Source: Candidatus Geohabitans tengchongensis (lineage in GTDB: Bacteria; Sysuimicrobiota; Sysuimicrobiia; Sysuimicrobiales; Humicultoraceae). From it: 64,000 nt of DNA. The translations under genes were made by a program, and so were the position numbers. The notes under the pieces are model-generated. The model had not been told where the DNA came from, ran no database searches, and saw only the letters and a list, made by a program, of their open reading frames with translations. This document shows, in pieces, positions 29,908 to 40,274 of this stretch. The stretch is taken from NCBI GenBank assembly GCA_031459625.1, contig JAVKIH010000003.1:65199-129198 (forward strand). Direction: 5' to 3'. The first letter of the stretch is position 1. Every line of letters starts with the position of its first letter.

Positions 29908-30900
29908 TCAGCCCTCGACGTCGCGCGGGGCCGCGACCTCGTAGTGGATGTTCCGGGCCTCGAAGAAGTTGACGATTTCCGGCACGTCCACCTCCGTGGC
30001 CATCCAGGGCGCAGGGTTGGGGGTGTGGAACGAGGCCGGCAGGCCCAGCTCCTCCAGCCGGCGGTCGGTGATGTACTCCACATAGGCGTTCAGAACCTCC
30101 GCGCTGACCCCCAGGACAGGCCGCTGGAGCAGCGCCCGGTTGTAGTCCCGTTCGAGGTCCACCGCCGTCAGGATGAGGTGCAGGAGCTCCCGACCCAGCC
30201 CGGGCGTCATCAGGTCGGGGTCCTGGGCGAGGAGTTCCCCGATCAGGTGGATGCCGAAGCTCAGGTGCAGGCTCTCGTCCTTGAGGGTCCAGTCCACGAT
30301 GGTGGCGAGCCCACGGAGGAGGTTGCGGCGACGGAAGGTGTAGGCGAACAGGAACCCGCCGTAGAAGAAGACGCCCTCCAGGATGATGTAGTAGCCCACC
30401 AGGTTCCGCAGGAAGCTGCGCCGGTGGGAGACCCGGGACAAATCCAGCGGGTCCAGCATGGTCCGGGACAGGTCCACCAGGAACTCCTCCTTGGCCCGGA
30501 CGGCCGGCTCGTTCCGGTGGGCGTTGAAGACCCGTTCGCGCTCTACGGGAAGGGTCTTGAGCACGTACTCGAAGGCCATGGTGTGGTTGGCCTCCTCCCA
30601 GATTTGCCGGGCCAGGTACAGACGCGCTTCGGGAGCGGTGACGTGGCGGTAGATGGCGAGGACGAGGTTGTGGGTCACCAGGGACTCCATGGGGTTGAAG
30701 AAGCCCAGGAGGAGCTCCACGGCGCGCTGTTCGTCCGGGGACAGACGGGTCTCCCAGTCGCGGACATCCTCGGCCAGGGGGACCTCCTCGGGAAACCAGG
30801 TGTTGCGCTTGCCCTGCTGGGCGTGCGCGTACGCCCAGGGGTAGCTGAGGGGCACGAGCTGGACAGGCTCGAGGGGATTCCCGCCAACCAGAGGCCGCAT
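29908..30900 (-). CDS. nrdB: Ribonucleotide reductase beta subunit, class Ic signature
   Basis: WFPEEV, FFNPME, EEANHTMAF, EGVFFYGGF, DESLH, NFFE. Confidence 0.93.
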   Translation of the reverse strand: MRPLVGGNPLEPVQLVPLSYPWAYAHAQQGKRNTWFPEEVPLAEDVRDWETRLSPDEQRAVELLLGFFNPMESLVTHNLVLAIYRHVTAPEARLYLARQIWEEANHTMAFEYVLKTLPVERERVFNAHRNEPAVRAKEEFLVDLSRTMLDPLDLSRVSHRRSFLRNLVGYYIILEGVFFYGGFLFAYTFRRRNLLRGLATIVDWTLKDESLHLSFGIHLIGELLAQDPDLMTPGLGRELLHLILTAVDLERDYNRALLQRPVLGVSAEVLNAYVEYITDRRLEELGLPASFHTPNPAPWMATEVDVPEIVNFFEARNIHYEVAAPRDVEG

Positions 30901-30911
30901 GGTCCACCTGC

Positions 30912-33260
30912 TCAGCCGGCACAGGACTCACAGCCCGGTGCGCAGCTGATCGCGTGTTCGGGAAGTTCCAGGTTCCAGCGGAGCCGCTCGCGGGCCTTGT
31001 TGACGTGGACGGTACTGGGCTCCGCGTACATGCGGGGAGCGGTGAACAGGTAGTAGGTGGACTTGAGGCCGGCCCGCCACGCTTCCAGGTACAGGCGCGC
31101 CATGGCGTCCAGGGAGCGATCCCGCACGAACAGGTTGCGGCTGACTCCCTGGTCCACCCACTTCTGGGCCAGGGCGGCGACCCGGACGAAGTCCTCGGGA
31201 GGGATCTGGTAAGCGGTGCGGTGAACGTGGCGCAGGGCCTGCGGGATCTGCTCGATGCGCTCCAGATCCCCCCGCTCCTCGACCAGCTGCGCGCGCACCC
31301 GATCCCACAGACCCAGCGACTGCAACTGCTCCACGAGCACGCGGTTGAATTCCAGGAACTTCCCGGACAGCGTCTGGCGGGCGAAGAGGTTCGCGTAGCA
31401 GGGATCGATGCCAGGGGTGGTCCCGGCGACCAGGCTGATGGTGGCGGTGGGCGCGATGGCGAGGACCGTCCCGTTCCGGATGCCCTGACGCACCCGGTGG
31501 CGGAGGGCGTCCCAGTGCAGACGCCCCGAGCGATCCACGACAGGTCCGCCACGGAGTTCGGCCAGCTCCTGAAGGGTGTCGATGGGCACCTCACCCCGGG
31601 CCCAGCGGCTGTCGGGGAACGAGGGGAAGGGCCCGCGTGCTGTGGCCAGCTGGCAGCTGGCCTCGATGGCGCAGAAGCTCAGGAACTCCACTGCGCGGTC
31701 GGTGCACTCGCAGGAGGCTTCGTCACCGTAGCGCATGCCCAGCCGTGCGAAGACCTCCGCGAGCCCCATCAGGCCCAGTCCCACGGGCCGGTGGCGCAGG
31801 TTCCCGCGGGATGCGCGTGCTGTGGGGTAGAGGTTCAGGTCGATCACGTTGTCCAGGCCCCGGATGGCGAGCCGCACGGTGCGGCGGAGGCGATGCCAAT
31901 CCAGCCCCCCGGAGGTCACGTGACGTGCCAGGTTGACGCTGGCGAGGTTGCACACAGCCATCTCTTCCTCGCTGGTCGGCAGGTGGATCTCGGTGCAGAG
32001 GTTGCTGGAGTGGATCACCCCCGGCAGCATGCTGCGTACGTTGCTGGCGTCCTTGAAGGCGACCCAGGGGTGGCTGGTCTCCTGCAGTGTGGCCAGGATC
32101 TCCCGGAACAGGGACCGGGCGCTCTCGACGCGGAATGCGCGCGGCGGGATGCGGCCGGCCCGGGCTTCCTCGATTCGGCAGCGGTAGGCCCGGGAGAAGG
32201 CCTCGCCCCACAGGTCGGGGAGCTCCGGCGTGTACGCAGGGTCGAAGAGGTACCACTCGTCGTCCCGCTCCACCCGGAGGAGGAATTCGTCCGGGACCCA
32301 CAGCGCGGTGTTCAGGCTGTGGGCCCGCAGGTACGGGTCGCCGGCGTTCCGCTTGAGGTCCAGGAAGGCCCGGATCTCGAGGTGCCAGGGCTCCAGGTAC
32401 ACGGCGAGGGTGCCGCGGCGACGCCCTCCCTGGCTGACGGCTCTGATGAGCGAGTCGAAGAGGTGGATGAAGGGAATGATGCCGGAGCTGGTGCCGTTGA
32501 TGCCGCGGACCGGAGCACCCGCGGCGCGCAGTTTGGTGACGGAGGCCCCGAGGCCGCCGGCGTACTTGGCGACCTTCCCGAACTCCTCGCAGGACTGGAG
32601 GATGTGGTGCATGCTGTCCAGCACATCCGACACGTAGCAGCTGCTGAGCTGGTGGTGAGGAGTGCCCGCGTTGAACAGGGTGGGGGTGCTGGGCAGATAG
32701 TCCAGTCGACTCATGGCGTCGTAGAAGGCCTCCGCCCATGTCGCGGGATCGCGCTCAACGAGGCTCATCCCCATGGCGACTCGCATGAACAGGAACTGCG
32801 GGACTTCCAGCAGCCTGCGGGTTTCGGGGTCCCGGACGAGGTACCGGTCCGCAAGGGTAGACACCCCGATCAGGGGCAGCCACAGGTCCCGTTCGGGCCG
32901 CAGGACCCGGCTCAGGCCCTGGAGGTCGAACCGGAGCAGTCGTTCGTCCAGGGCCCCGGCGCTCGCGGCCTGCGGCACGTACCGGCAGAAACCGGCGCGG
33001 TAGGCGTCAGGGTCGGGTTCGGGGGTCCCCAGGGCTTCCCGGTACAGCCGGCGCAGCATCAACCTTGCCGCGAGGCGCTCGTAACCGGGGTCCTGGTGAA
33101 TCCGGCCCTGGCTGGCCTGAAGCAGGGCCAGTTCGAGCTCACTTTCCCCGCTGCCGCGGACCGCGGGGTCGTCACGGAGGCTGTTCAGCAGACGCGTGCC
33201 GCCGGGGATTGGGCGGGCAAGCCGTTCCAGCCAGTGCGGCAAACCAACCAGGGTCGCCAC
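30912..33260 (-). CDS. nrdA: Ribonucleotide reductase alpha subunit
   Basis: PSTPTLFNAG, LSSC, SNLCTEI, VCNLASVNL, IAPTATIS, LKSTYY, C-terminal CESC; GGAGGT RBS before GTG 33260. Confidence 0.95.
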   Translation of the reverse strand: MATLVGLPHWLERLARPIPGGTRLLNSLRDDPAVRGSGESELELALLQASQGRIHQDPGYERLAARLMLRRLYREALGTPEPDPDAYRAGFCRYVPQAASAGALDERLLRFDLQGLSRVLRPERDLWLPLIGVSTLADRYLVRDPETRRLLEVPQFLFMRVAMGMSLVERDPATWAEAFYDAMSRLDYLPSTPTLFNAGTPHHQLSSCYVSDVLDSMHHILQSCEEFGKVAKYAGGLGASVTKLRAAGAPVRGINGTSSGIIPFIHLFDSLIRAVSQGGRRRGTLAVYLEPWHLEIRAFLDLKRNAGDPYLRAHSLNTALWVPDEFLLRVERDDEWYLFDPAYTPELPDLWGEAFSRAYRCRIEEARAGRIPPRAFRVESARSLFREILATLQETSHPWVAFKDASNVRSMLPGVIHSSNLCTEIHLPTSEEEMAVCNLASVNLARHVTSGGLDWHRLRRTVRLAIRGLDNVIDLNLYPTARASRGNLRHRPVGLGLMGLAEVFARLGMRYGDEASCECTDRAVEFLSFCAIEASCQLATARGPFPSFPDSRWARGEVPIDTLQELAELRGGPVVDRSGRLHWDALRHRVRQGIRNGTVLAIAPTATISLVAGTTPGIDPCYANLFARQTLSGKFLEFNRVLVEQLQSLGLWDRVRAQLVEERGDLERIEQIPQALRHVHRTAYQIPPEDFVRVAALAQKWVDQGVSRNLFVRDRSLDAMARLYLEAWRAGLKSTYYLFTAPRMYAEPSTVHVNKARERLRWNLELPEHAISCAPGCESCAG

Positions 33261-33383
33261 TTCGGCCACCTCCGTCCTCAACCACGGCCCTGCGTGCGAT
33301 AGACGGAGGCGGCCCCAGGACGGCCTGGGAACCTGTCTCCGCTCCGCCCCACTCCACGAGGGCACGCGGATTGTTCACAGGCC

Positions 33384-33552
33384 GGCAGGTCTTCGGACTC
33401 GGGTTCCTCCGGACCGGACGCCTTCCCGGGCCAGTTCGCCCAGTGGCCCCGATCTCCGATCCGTCCCCCTTACCGCGGCGGGCCCGTCCCGGACTCGCGC
33501 AGAGCAGGAGCGCTACACCGGGTTCCCTTTTCACCCCTTAGGGGACCGGCCT
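33384..33552 (-). ncRNA. Cobalamin riboswitch
   Basis: Minus strand AAAAGGGAACCCGGTG...GCCCGCCGCGGTA...GCCACTG...GGGAAGG...AGTCCGAAGACCTGCC (B12 box). Confidence 0.92.
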
Positions 33553-33553
33553 G

Positions 33554-33601
33554 CATCTACATCTTGTGTCCGCAGAGACTTCCTATCACAAGATGTAGCA
33601 C
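33554..33601. promoter_or_regulatory. Two tandem NrdR boxes
   Basis: catCTAcATcTTGtgt (33554-69) and tcaCAAgATgTAGcac (33586-601), 32 bp apart; TTGACA on the minus strand at 33604-09. Confidence 0.85.
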
Positions 33602-33666
33602 CATGTCAAGCATGCGCGTTGTGCGGTTGACGGGGCTCTGGGAAGATCAGGCGGGCCGGATGACGG

Positions 33667-33900
33667 TCAGGGCTGGCGGGTGACCCCCTCCTCCACCACC
33701 TCGACCTCGGCCGCCCGCACCAGGCGCTCGGCTTTGCCGGCCTTGGCCCCGTCGACGATCACCGCCACCAGCGCGTAGCGGTCCCCCCGGTACCCGGGGA
33801 TGACGCGCCGGACCTCGCCCTCCTGGGCCGTATCGTCCAGGACCCGCACCCGGACCCCGGGCCGGATCACCCGGCCCCTGCGGTCGTGCACCTGCTCCAT
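33667..33900 (-). CDS. Small hypothetical protein, possibly SH3/KOW-like barrel
   Basis: AGGAGG RBS before ATG 33900; IRPGVRVRV...GEVRRV pattern. Confidence 0.7.
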   Translation of the reverse strand: MEQVHDRRGRVIRPGVRVRVLDDTAQEGEVRRVIPGYRGDRYALVAVIVDGAKAGKAERLVRAAEVEVVEEGVTRQP

Positions 33901-33947
33901 CGCCCGCCTCCTCGTCACGGTCCTCGATCCGCCGGGGGGCCCGACCC

Positions 33948-35153
33948 CTACCGCGGCAGCCGCTCGATCACCAGCGCGATCCCCTGCCCCACGCCGATGC
34001 ACATCGTGGCCAGGCCGTAGCGCCCCTCCCGCCGCTCCAGCTCGTACAGGAGGGTCGTGAGGATGCGCGCGCCGCTGCAGCCGATGGGGTGCCCGAGCGC
34101 AATCGCCCCACCGTTGGGGTTGAGCCGGTCCAGCGGCAGCCCCAGCTCGCGCACGCAGGCCAGCACCTGGGCCGCGAAGGCCTCGTTGAGCTCGATGACG
34201 TCCAGGTCCTCCACCCGCAGCCCAGCGCGCTGCAGCGCCTTGCGCGTGGCCGGCACCGGGCCGAGGCCCATCGTGGCCGGATCCACGCCAGCCACCGCAC
34301 TGGCGACGACGCGGGCGCGGGGGACGTGCCCGTGGGACTCGGCGTAGGTCCGCGAGGTCACCAACAGGGCCGCCGCGCCGTCGTTGATCCCGGAGCTGTT
34401 GCCGGCCGTCACGGTGCCGCCCGGCTTGAAGGCCGGGGGGAGCTTTGCCAGCGCCTCCAGGGTCGTTGCCGGCCTGGGGTGCTCGTCGGTGTCCACCACC
34501 ACAGGCTCGCCCCGCGGCCGGGGGATCACCACGGGGACGATCTCGTCCCGAAAGCGCCCGCTGGCGATGGCCGCCGCCGCGCGGCGCTGGCTCTCCAGGG
34601 CGAAGGCGTCCTGCTCCTCTCGGGTGATGCCCCAGCGTTCGGCCACGATCTCGGCGGTCTCGCCCATGCTGTAGGGCGGGTACACCTCGGCGAGGCGCGG
34701 GTTGACGAAGCGCCAGCCCAGCGTGGTGTCGTAGAGCTCGACGTTGCCGCGGGGAAACCCCTGCGCGGGCTTGGGCATCACCCAGGGCGCCCGCGTCATC
34801 GACTCGACGCCCCCGGCGATGAAGACGTCCCCCTCTCCGGCGGTCACGGCATGCGCCGCCGTGACCACCGCCTGCAGCCCCGAGCCGCAGAGCCGGTTGA
34901 CCGTCTGGCCGGCCACCTCCACCGGCAGCCCGGCCAGCAGGACGGCCATGCGGGCGACGTTGCGGTTGTCCTCCCCCGCCTGGTTGCTGCAGCCGAAGAT
35001 GATGTCCTCGATGTCCGCGGGCGGCAGGTGGTTGCGGCGCACCAGCTCGCGGATGACCAGCGCGGCCAGGTCGTCGGGGCGGACGTCCTTGAGGACGCCC
35101 CCGTGCCGACCCACCGGCGTGCGCACCGCGTCGACGATCACGGCGTCAGGCAT
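33948..35153 (-). CDS. Acetyl-CoA C-acyltransferase, PaaJ/PcaF-like thiolase
   Basis: [38 protein letters not shown]. Confidence 0.93.
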   Translation of the reverse strand: MPDAVIVDAVRTPVGRHGGVLKDVRPDDLAALVIRELVRRNHLPPADIEDIIFGCSNQAGEDNRNVARMAVLLAGLPVEVAGQTVNRLCGSGLQAVVTAAHAVTAGEGDVFIAGGVESMTRAPWVMPKPAQGFPRGNVELYDTTLGWRFVNPRLAEVYPPYSMGETAEIVAERWGITREEQDAFALESQRRAAAAIASGRFRDEIVPVVIPRPRGEPVVVDTDEHPRPATTLEALAKLPPAFKPGGTVTAGNSSGINDGAAALLVTSRTYAESHGHVPRARVVASAVAGVDPATMGLGPVPATRKALQRAGLRVEDLDVIELNEAFAAQVLACVRELGLPLDRLNPNGGAIALGHPIGCSGARILTTLLYELERREGRYGLATMCIGVGQGIALVIERLPR

Positions 35154-35173
35154 CGACGTCCCCTCCGGCCTCA

Positions 35174-36832
35174 TCATAGCCGCGGGCCCGCATCGGGGGC
35201 AGGTCGGCGCCCCGCCCCCTCAAGGACGCCGCGGCCGGCCGCCACCACGCGCCGCAGCAGCGGGGCCGCCCGGTAGCGGTCTTCCCCCAGGTCGGCGTGC
35301 AGCCCATCCAGGACGGCCAGCACGAGGGGCGGCCCCACGCTGTCCGCCAGGGCGAGCGGCCCCGCAGGGAAGTTCATCCCCAACCGCATGGCCGTGTCGA
35401 TGGCCTCCGCGGTGGCCACGCCCTCGCCCAGGGCGAAGAGCGCCTCGTTCACCAGCATGGCCGCGATGCGCGGGAAGACCCCGGCGACCCCGTCGCGCAC
35501 CAGGGCGGTCTCCTTGCCCAGGCGGGCCAGCAGAGCCAGGGCCGCCTCCACCGCGGCGGGGGCGCTCTGCAGCGCCGGGAGCACCTCCACGAGCGGGCGC
35601 GCCTCCCACGGCGGGAGCGTGGCGAAGCCCACAACCCGGTGCGGCGCCGCCGAGCGCGCGGCCATGGCGGTGGCCGAAGTCGCCAGGGCCAGGGTGAGCC
35701 GCAGCGGGTCGCCGGCCCGGTCCGCCGCCGCCATCACCGCCGCCTTGGCCGCTGGCGCCACCTCCACGTCCACCACCGCGTCCAGGGGGCCCTCCGCCGG
35801 CACCCCGCGCGCCACCACCAGGCCGGCGCCTTCGGCGGCCCGGACGATCGCCTCGGCGAGCGCGCCCTCCCCGGCCACCGCGATACGGCGCATCGCCGCG
35901 GCCTGCCGCTCCACCGCCGCCGGCAGCGCCGGGACCCCCGCCTCGCCACCTCCGCCGCTCTCCGCCCCCTCGCCGTACGTGTAGAAGCCCCGCCCCGTCT
36001 TGCGTCCTAGCAGCCCCGCGTCCACCATGCGCTGCTGGATGGGGTGGGGCCGGAAGCGCGGCTCGTGGAAGGTCGCCTCGTACAGCGAGCGCGTCACCGC
36101 CAGGTTCACGTCCAGGCCGATGAGGTCGAGCAGCTCGAAGGGGCCCATGCGGAAACCCCCGGCGCGGCGCATGATCCGGTCGATCACCGCCACCGGCGCG
36201 GTCTGCTCCGCCAGCAGGCGCACGGCCTCCACGTAGAAGGGGCGGGCGATGCGGTTGACGATGAAGCCGGGCGTATCCTGGACCTCCACCGGCGTCTTGC
36301 CCAGCGCCGCGACGGCCTGCCGCGCCCGCGCCACGACCGCCGGGTCGGTGGTACGGCCCGGCACCACCTCGACCAGCGCCATGACCGGCGCGGGGTTGAA
36401 GAAGTGCAGTCCCAGGACGCGCTGGGGGTGGGTGGTGGCGCCGGCGAGGGCGGTGATGGAGAGCGAGGAGGTGTTGGAGGCCAGGATCGCCGGAGGCGGC
36501 ACGACGGCATCGAGGCGGGTGAAGAGCTCGCGCTTCAGGGCCAGGTCCTCGGGGACCGCCTCGACGACCAGGTCGCACGCCGCCAGGTCGGCCAGGTCGA
36601 CGGTGACGGTGAGGCGCTGGAGCGCCGCCTCCGCGTCGGCCCGCGTGAGCCGCCCCCGCTCGACGTCCCGGTCCAGGGCGGCCTGGAGGCGGTCGCGGGC
36701 GCGTTGCAGGATCGGTGCTGCCACGTCGCAGAGCACCGTGGGGATCCCGCGGCGCACCCCGACCTCGGCGATCCCCGCTCCCATGGTGCCGGCGCCGACG
36801 ACGCCCAGGCGCCGCACCACCGTCCCGTCCAT
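35174..36832 (-). CDS. 3-hydroxyacyl-CoA dehydrogenase, PaaH-like long form
   Basis: [32 protein letters not shown], duplicated C-terminal domain. Confidence 0.93.
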   Translation of the reverse strand: MDGTVVRRLGVVGAGTMGAGIAEVGVRRGIPTVLCDVAAPILQRARDRLQAALDRDVERGRLTRADAEAALQRLTVTVDLADLAACDLVVEAVPEDLALKRELFTRLDAVVPPPAILASNTSSLSITALAGATTHPQRVLGLHFFNPAPVMALVEVVPGRTTDPAVVARARQAVAALGKTPVEVQDTPGFIVNRIARPFYVEAVRLLAEQTAPVAVIDRIMRRAGGFRMGPFELLDLIGLDVNLAVTRSLYEATFHEPRFRPHPIQQRMVDAGLLGRKTGRGFYTYGEGAESGGGGEAGVPALPAAVERQAAAMRRIAVAGEGALAEAIVRAAEGAGLVVARGVPAEGPLDAVVDVEVAPAAKAAVMAAADRAGDPLRLTLALATSATAMAARSAAPHRVVGFATLPPWEARPLVEVLPALQSAPAAVEAALALLARLGKETALVRDGVAGVFPRIAAMLVNEALFALGEGVATAEAIDTAMRLGMNFPAGPLALADSVGPPLVLAVLDGLHADLGEDRYRAAPLLRRVVAAGRGVLEGAGRRPAPDAGPRL

Positions 36833-36864
36833 GGCGGCCGAAGCTCCCCGGCGTGGCCGCCCGG

Positions 36865-37656
36865 TCAGGCGCCAGTGTAGCGGGGCGGCCGCTTCTCCAG
36901 GAAGGCCGCCACGCCCTCGCGGTGATCGGCGGTGCGCCCGGCGACCTCCTGGAGGTAGGCTTCGTACTCGAGCGCCTGCTCCAGCGGCGCGGTCTGCGCA
37001 AAGCGCAGGCCGCGCTTGGCCAGGGCGTAGGCCCGGGTGGGACCCCTCGCCAGCCGGCGCGCCCACGCCAGGGTTTCCGGCAGCAACGCCTCGTGGGGCA
37101 CCACCCGGTTCACTAGCCCCAGCCGCAGCGCCTCCTGGGCGTCCAGCGGCTCCGCCAGGTAGGCCAGCTCGAAGGCCTTGCCCAGCCCGACGAGCCGCGG
37201 CAGGAACCAGGTGCCGCCGGAGTCGGGGATGAGGCCGACGCGGGCGAAGACCTCGATGAACGCGGCGCGCTCGCTGGCCACGCGCAGGTCGCACGCCAGG
37301 GCCAGGTTGCACCCGGCCCCCGCCGCGACCCCGTTCACGGCGGCGATGGTGGGCTTCTCCATGGTGGCCAGGCGCACCACGATCGGGTTGTAGCGCCGGC
37401 GCAGCGAGTCGCCGTAGGAGACCTCCCCCACCCCCCGCCGGTCCCGCAGGTCCTGTCCCGAGCAGAAGCCGCGACCGGCGCCGGTGAGCACCACGCAGCG
37501 CACCGCCGCGTCCCGCTCGGCCCGCCGCAGCACCTCGTGCAGCTCCTCGCTCATGCGGTCGTTCACGGCGTTCAGCACGTCGGGGCGGTTCAGCGTGCAG
37601 AGGAGGATCCCCTCCTCCACCGTCACCTGCACCGTCTCGTATGCGGGCTCGGCCAT
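36865..37656 (-). CDS. Enoyl-CoA hydratase/isomerase, PaaG-like
   Basis: FCSGQDL, AAGAGCNLALACD, GLIPDSG. Confidence 0.88.
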   Translation of the reverse strand: MAEPAYETVQVTVEEGILLCTLNRPDVLNAVNDRMSEELHEVLRRAERDAAVRCVVLTGAGRGFCSGQDLRDRRGVGEVSYGDSLRRRYNPIVVRLATMEKPTIAAVNGVAAGAGCNLALACDLRVASERAAFIEVFARVGLIPDSGGTWFLPRLVGLGKAFELAYLAEPLDAQEALRLGLVNRVVPHEALLPETLAWARRLARGPTRAYALAKRGLRFAQTAPLEQALEYEAYLQEVAGRTADHREGVAAFLEKRPPRYTGA

Positions 37657-37720
37657 ACCGCTCACCTCCACGGACCCGACGGGCTCAGCCCGACGCGCCG
37701 CCGCTCCGGCGGCGATCCGG

Positions 37721-38494
37721 CTACCGCCCCTGGAACTGCGGCGGGCGCTTCTGCAGGAAGGCCGCCACCCCCTCGCGGTGGTCCTCGGTGGCGAAGAGCA
37801 GGTAGAAGCACTTGCGCTCGTAGTCCAGCCCGCCCTCCAGGTGGGTGTCGAAGGCCTTGAGCACCGCCGCCTTGGCCAGGCGCACCGCCACCGGGGCTTT
37901 GCCGGCGATCTCCCGGGCCAGGCGCAGCGCCTCGTCCAGCACCAGCTCGTCCGGGACCACCCGCGTCACCAGGCCCGCCGCCTCCGCCTCCCGGGCGGTG
38001 AGGTGGCGCCCGGTGAGGACGAGCTCCATCGCCCGCGCCTTCCCGACGGCGCGGGTGAGCCGCTGCGTCCCCCCGGCGCCCGGCATCAGCCCCAGGTTGA
38101 TCTCCGGCTGGCCGAAGCGGGCGCCCTCCCCGGCGATGATCATGTCGCACAGCATCGCCAGCTCGTTGCCGCCCCCCAGCGCAAACCCCTGCACCGCGGC
38201 GATGAGGGGCTTGCTGACCTGGCGGATGCGCTCCCACTGCTGGAAGCGGTAGCCCTGCAGCATCGTCACCGGGGTGGCGCCCTCGAACTCGCGGATGTCG
38301 GCCCCGGCGGCGAACGCCCGCGGGCCGCCGGTGAGGACGATGCAGCGTACGGCCTCGTCCCGGTCGAGGGCCTCCAGGGCGGCGACAAGCTCGTCCATCA
38401 CCGCCTGGCTGAGGGCGTTGAGGACGTCGGGCCGGTTGAGCCGCACGACGGCCACGGCGTCCTCGCGCGTGACGATGAGGTGCTGGAACTCCAT
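37721..38494 (-). CDS. Enoyl-CoA hydratase, PaaF-like
   Basis: FAAGADI, LGGGNEL, FGQPE, PGAGGTQRL. Confidence 0.9.
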   Translation of the reverse strand: MEFQHLIVTREDAVAVVRLNRPDVLNALSQAVMDELVAALEALDRDEAVRCIVLTGGPRAFAAGADIREFEGATPVTMLQGYRFQQWERIRQVSKPLIAAVQGFALGGGNELAMLCDMIIAGEGARFGQPEINLGLMPGAGGTQRLTRAVGKARAMELVLTGRHLTAREAEAAGLVTRVVPDELVLDEALRLAREIAGKAPVAVRLAKAAVLKAFDTHLEGGLDYERKCFYLLFATEDHREGVAAFLQKRPPQFQGR

Positions 38495-38545
38495 CGGCAC
38501 CCTCCTCCCGTGTACGGGTGATGTGCGCCCCGAAGGGCCCGGGGA

Positions 38546-39652
38546 TCAGGCAGGCGGGCTGGCCGGGCCCGGAGGTGCGCCGCCCGCCCACCCCGCCCCG
38601 GGCGGGCCTCCGGGCGATCCCGCTCCGGGCAGGCCTCCCGCCGATCCCGCCCCGGGCGGGCCCCCCGCGGACCCCGCGCCCGTGCCGGACCCCTCACCGG
38701 GCGGCGGCAGGGGGTGCCCGCACCGGCCGCAGTAGGCGAACCCCTGCGGGAGGCGCGCAGCGCCGCAGTGGGGGCAGGTGCGGGTGGCCGGGCCCCAGGG
38801 GTACTCCGTGGACGCCCCCGCGGCCAGACGCCGGCGGATGGCGGCGTAGTCGGGCGGCCGCTTGGCGCGGAAGGCCTCCAGGCCCTCCTGCGTCTCCGGT
38901 GCGCCCGCGTGCAGCGTCAGCCAGTCGCGGGCGTGCCCCACCGTGAGGTGCCAGGAGAGGTCGCGCCAGAAGTTGAGCTGCTGCTTCGTGTAGCGGGTGA
39001 CCTCCGGGAGCTTGGCCAGCAGCTTGGCGATGAGCGCGTCGACGGCGGCGTCCAGCTCCGCCCGCGGGACGACCTGGTTCACCCACCCCCAGGCCAGCGC
39101 CTGCTGCGCCGTGTACGGCTCGCACAGGAAGAGCACCTCCCGGGCGCGCCGGTCCCCCACCAGCAGCGGCATCCACTGGGTCGCCCCCGCCGCCGGGACG
39201 CTGCCGCGCGCCGGCCCCACGTGCTGCAGGAGGATGTCGTCGGCGGCCACGGCCAGGTCGCAGGCCAGGTTGAACTCGTTGCCGCCGCCGACGACCATGC
39301 CGTTGAGGCGGGCGATGGTGGGCTTGCCCAGGTTGCGCAGCCGCTCGTTGGCCTCGATGAAGGCGCCCATCCACTTCCAGTAATCGCGCGGCCGCTCCAG
39401 GAAGCGCTCCTGCTCCCGCAGGTCCGCGCCCGTGCAGAAGGCGCGGTCTCCTGCCCCGGTGAGGACGAGCACCCCCACGGCGTCGTCCCAGGAGGCGTCC
39501 TGGAAGGCCGTGGCCATCTCGGTGAGCGTCTGGAAGTCCAGCGCGTTGAGGACCTCGGGGCGATTGATGGTGACGCGGGCCCACCCCGGCCCCTTGGTGT
39601 AGAGGATCTTCTCGAAGCCGAAGCGCTCGGGCGACTGGGGGCGGGGGTACAC
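38546..39652 (-). CDS. Crotonase-family hydrolase (Oah/BadI/MenB-like) with C-terminal zinc ribbon
   Basis: AFCTGAD, NGMVVGGGNE, HVGPARGSVP; CPHC...CGRC; Gly/Pro tail. Confidence 0.8.
   Translation of the reverse strand: MYPRPQSPERFGFEKILYTKGPGWARVTINRPEVLNALDFQTLTEMATAFQDASWDDAVGVLVLTGAGDRAFCTGADLREQERFLERPRDYWKWMGAFIEANERLRNLGKPTIARLNGMVVGGGNEFNLACDLAVAADDILLQHVGPARGSVPAAGATQWMPLLVGDRRAREVLFLCEPYTAQQALAWGWVNQVVPRAELDAAVDALIAKLLAKLPEVTRYTKQQLNFWRDLSWHLTVGHARDWLTLHAGAPETQEGLEAFRAKRPPDYAAIRRRLAAGASTEYPWGPATRTCPHCGAARLPQGFAYCGRCGHPLPPPGEGSGTGAGSAGGPPGAGSAGGLPGAGSPGGPPGAGWAGGAPPGPASPPA
38574..38690 (-). repeat. About 4 degenerate 27-bp repeats encoding GAGSxGGxP
   Basis: [36 protein letters not shown]. 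Confidence 0.8.
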
Positions 39653-39661
39653 GCGCCGGCG

Positions 39662-40216
39662 CTACTGGCGGACGATGATGATCTCGTACCCGACCGCACG
39701 CAACCGCTCGGCCAGCCGCTCGGCGTTGGCGCGGTCGGTGAAGGCGCCCACCTGCACCTTGTAGAGGTTCTCCGCGCGGAGGATGTAGGCGTCGAAGCCA
39801 GCGGCGCGCAGTTGCGCCGCGCGCTCCTCGGCGTTCTCCCGCCGCAGGAAGGCACCCGCCTGGACGCGGTAGAGCCCCGTCCCCGGAGCGGGCGGGCGCT
39901 CCGGCGCGGCCGCCGTCACGGTGGGGCGGGGGGTCGAGCGGCGCGCGGGGGGCGGCGCGGTGTGGGGCGGGGCGGGCGGCGTCACCGGCCGAGGCTCCCT
40001 CGCCGGCGCCGGCGAGGGACTCGGCGGCAAGGCGGGGCGGGGCACCACCGGCTCCGGCGTGGACGCCACGGCCGGGGGCGGCAGCGGCGTGACCGCGGGA
40101 GCTGGCGTCCGGGCCTCCGGCCGCAGGAAGACCTCGCCCGCCACATACCCGAGGGCCAGCGAGAGGAAGAAGAGACCGACGAGCGCGATGGTCACGACGA
40201 CGGTATTGGGTCGCAC
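39662..40216 (-). CDS. SPOR domain membrane protein
   Basis: TM anchor, Pro-rich linker, two YxVQxGAF...NA repeats. Confidence 0.92.
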   Translation of the reverse strand: MRPNTVVVTIALVGLFFLSLALGYVAGEVFLRPEARTPAPAVTPLPPPAVASTPEPVVPRPALPPSPSPAPAREPRPVTPPAPPHTAPPPARRSTPRPTVTAAAPERPPAPGTGLYRVQAGAFLRRENAEERAAQLRAAGFDAYILRAENLYKVQVGAFTDRANAERLAERLRAVGYEIIIVRQ

Positions 40217-40274
40217 GGGCGTCCCCCCTCACAGGTCGCGCCACGGTGGTGTTCGGGAGGATGCGGCGGTTTCC

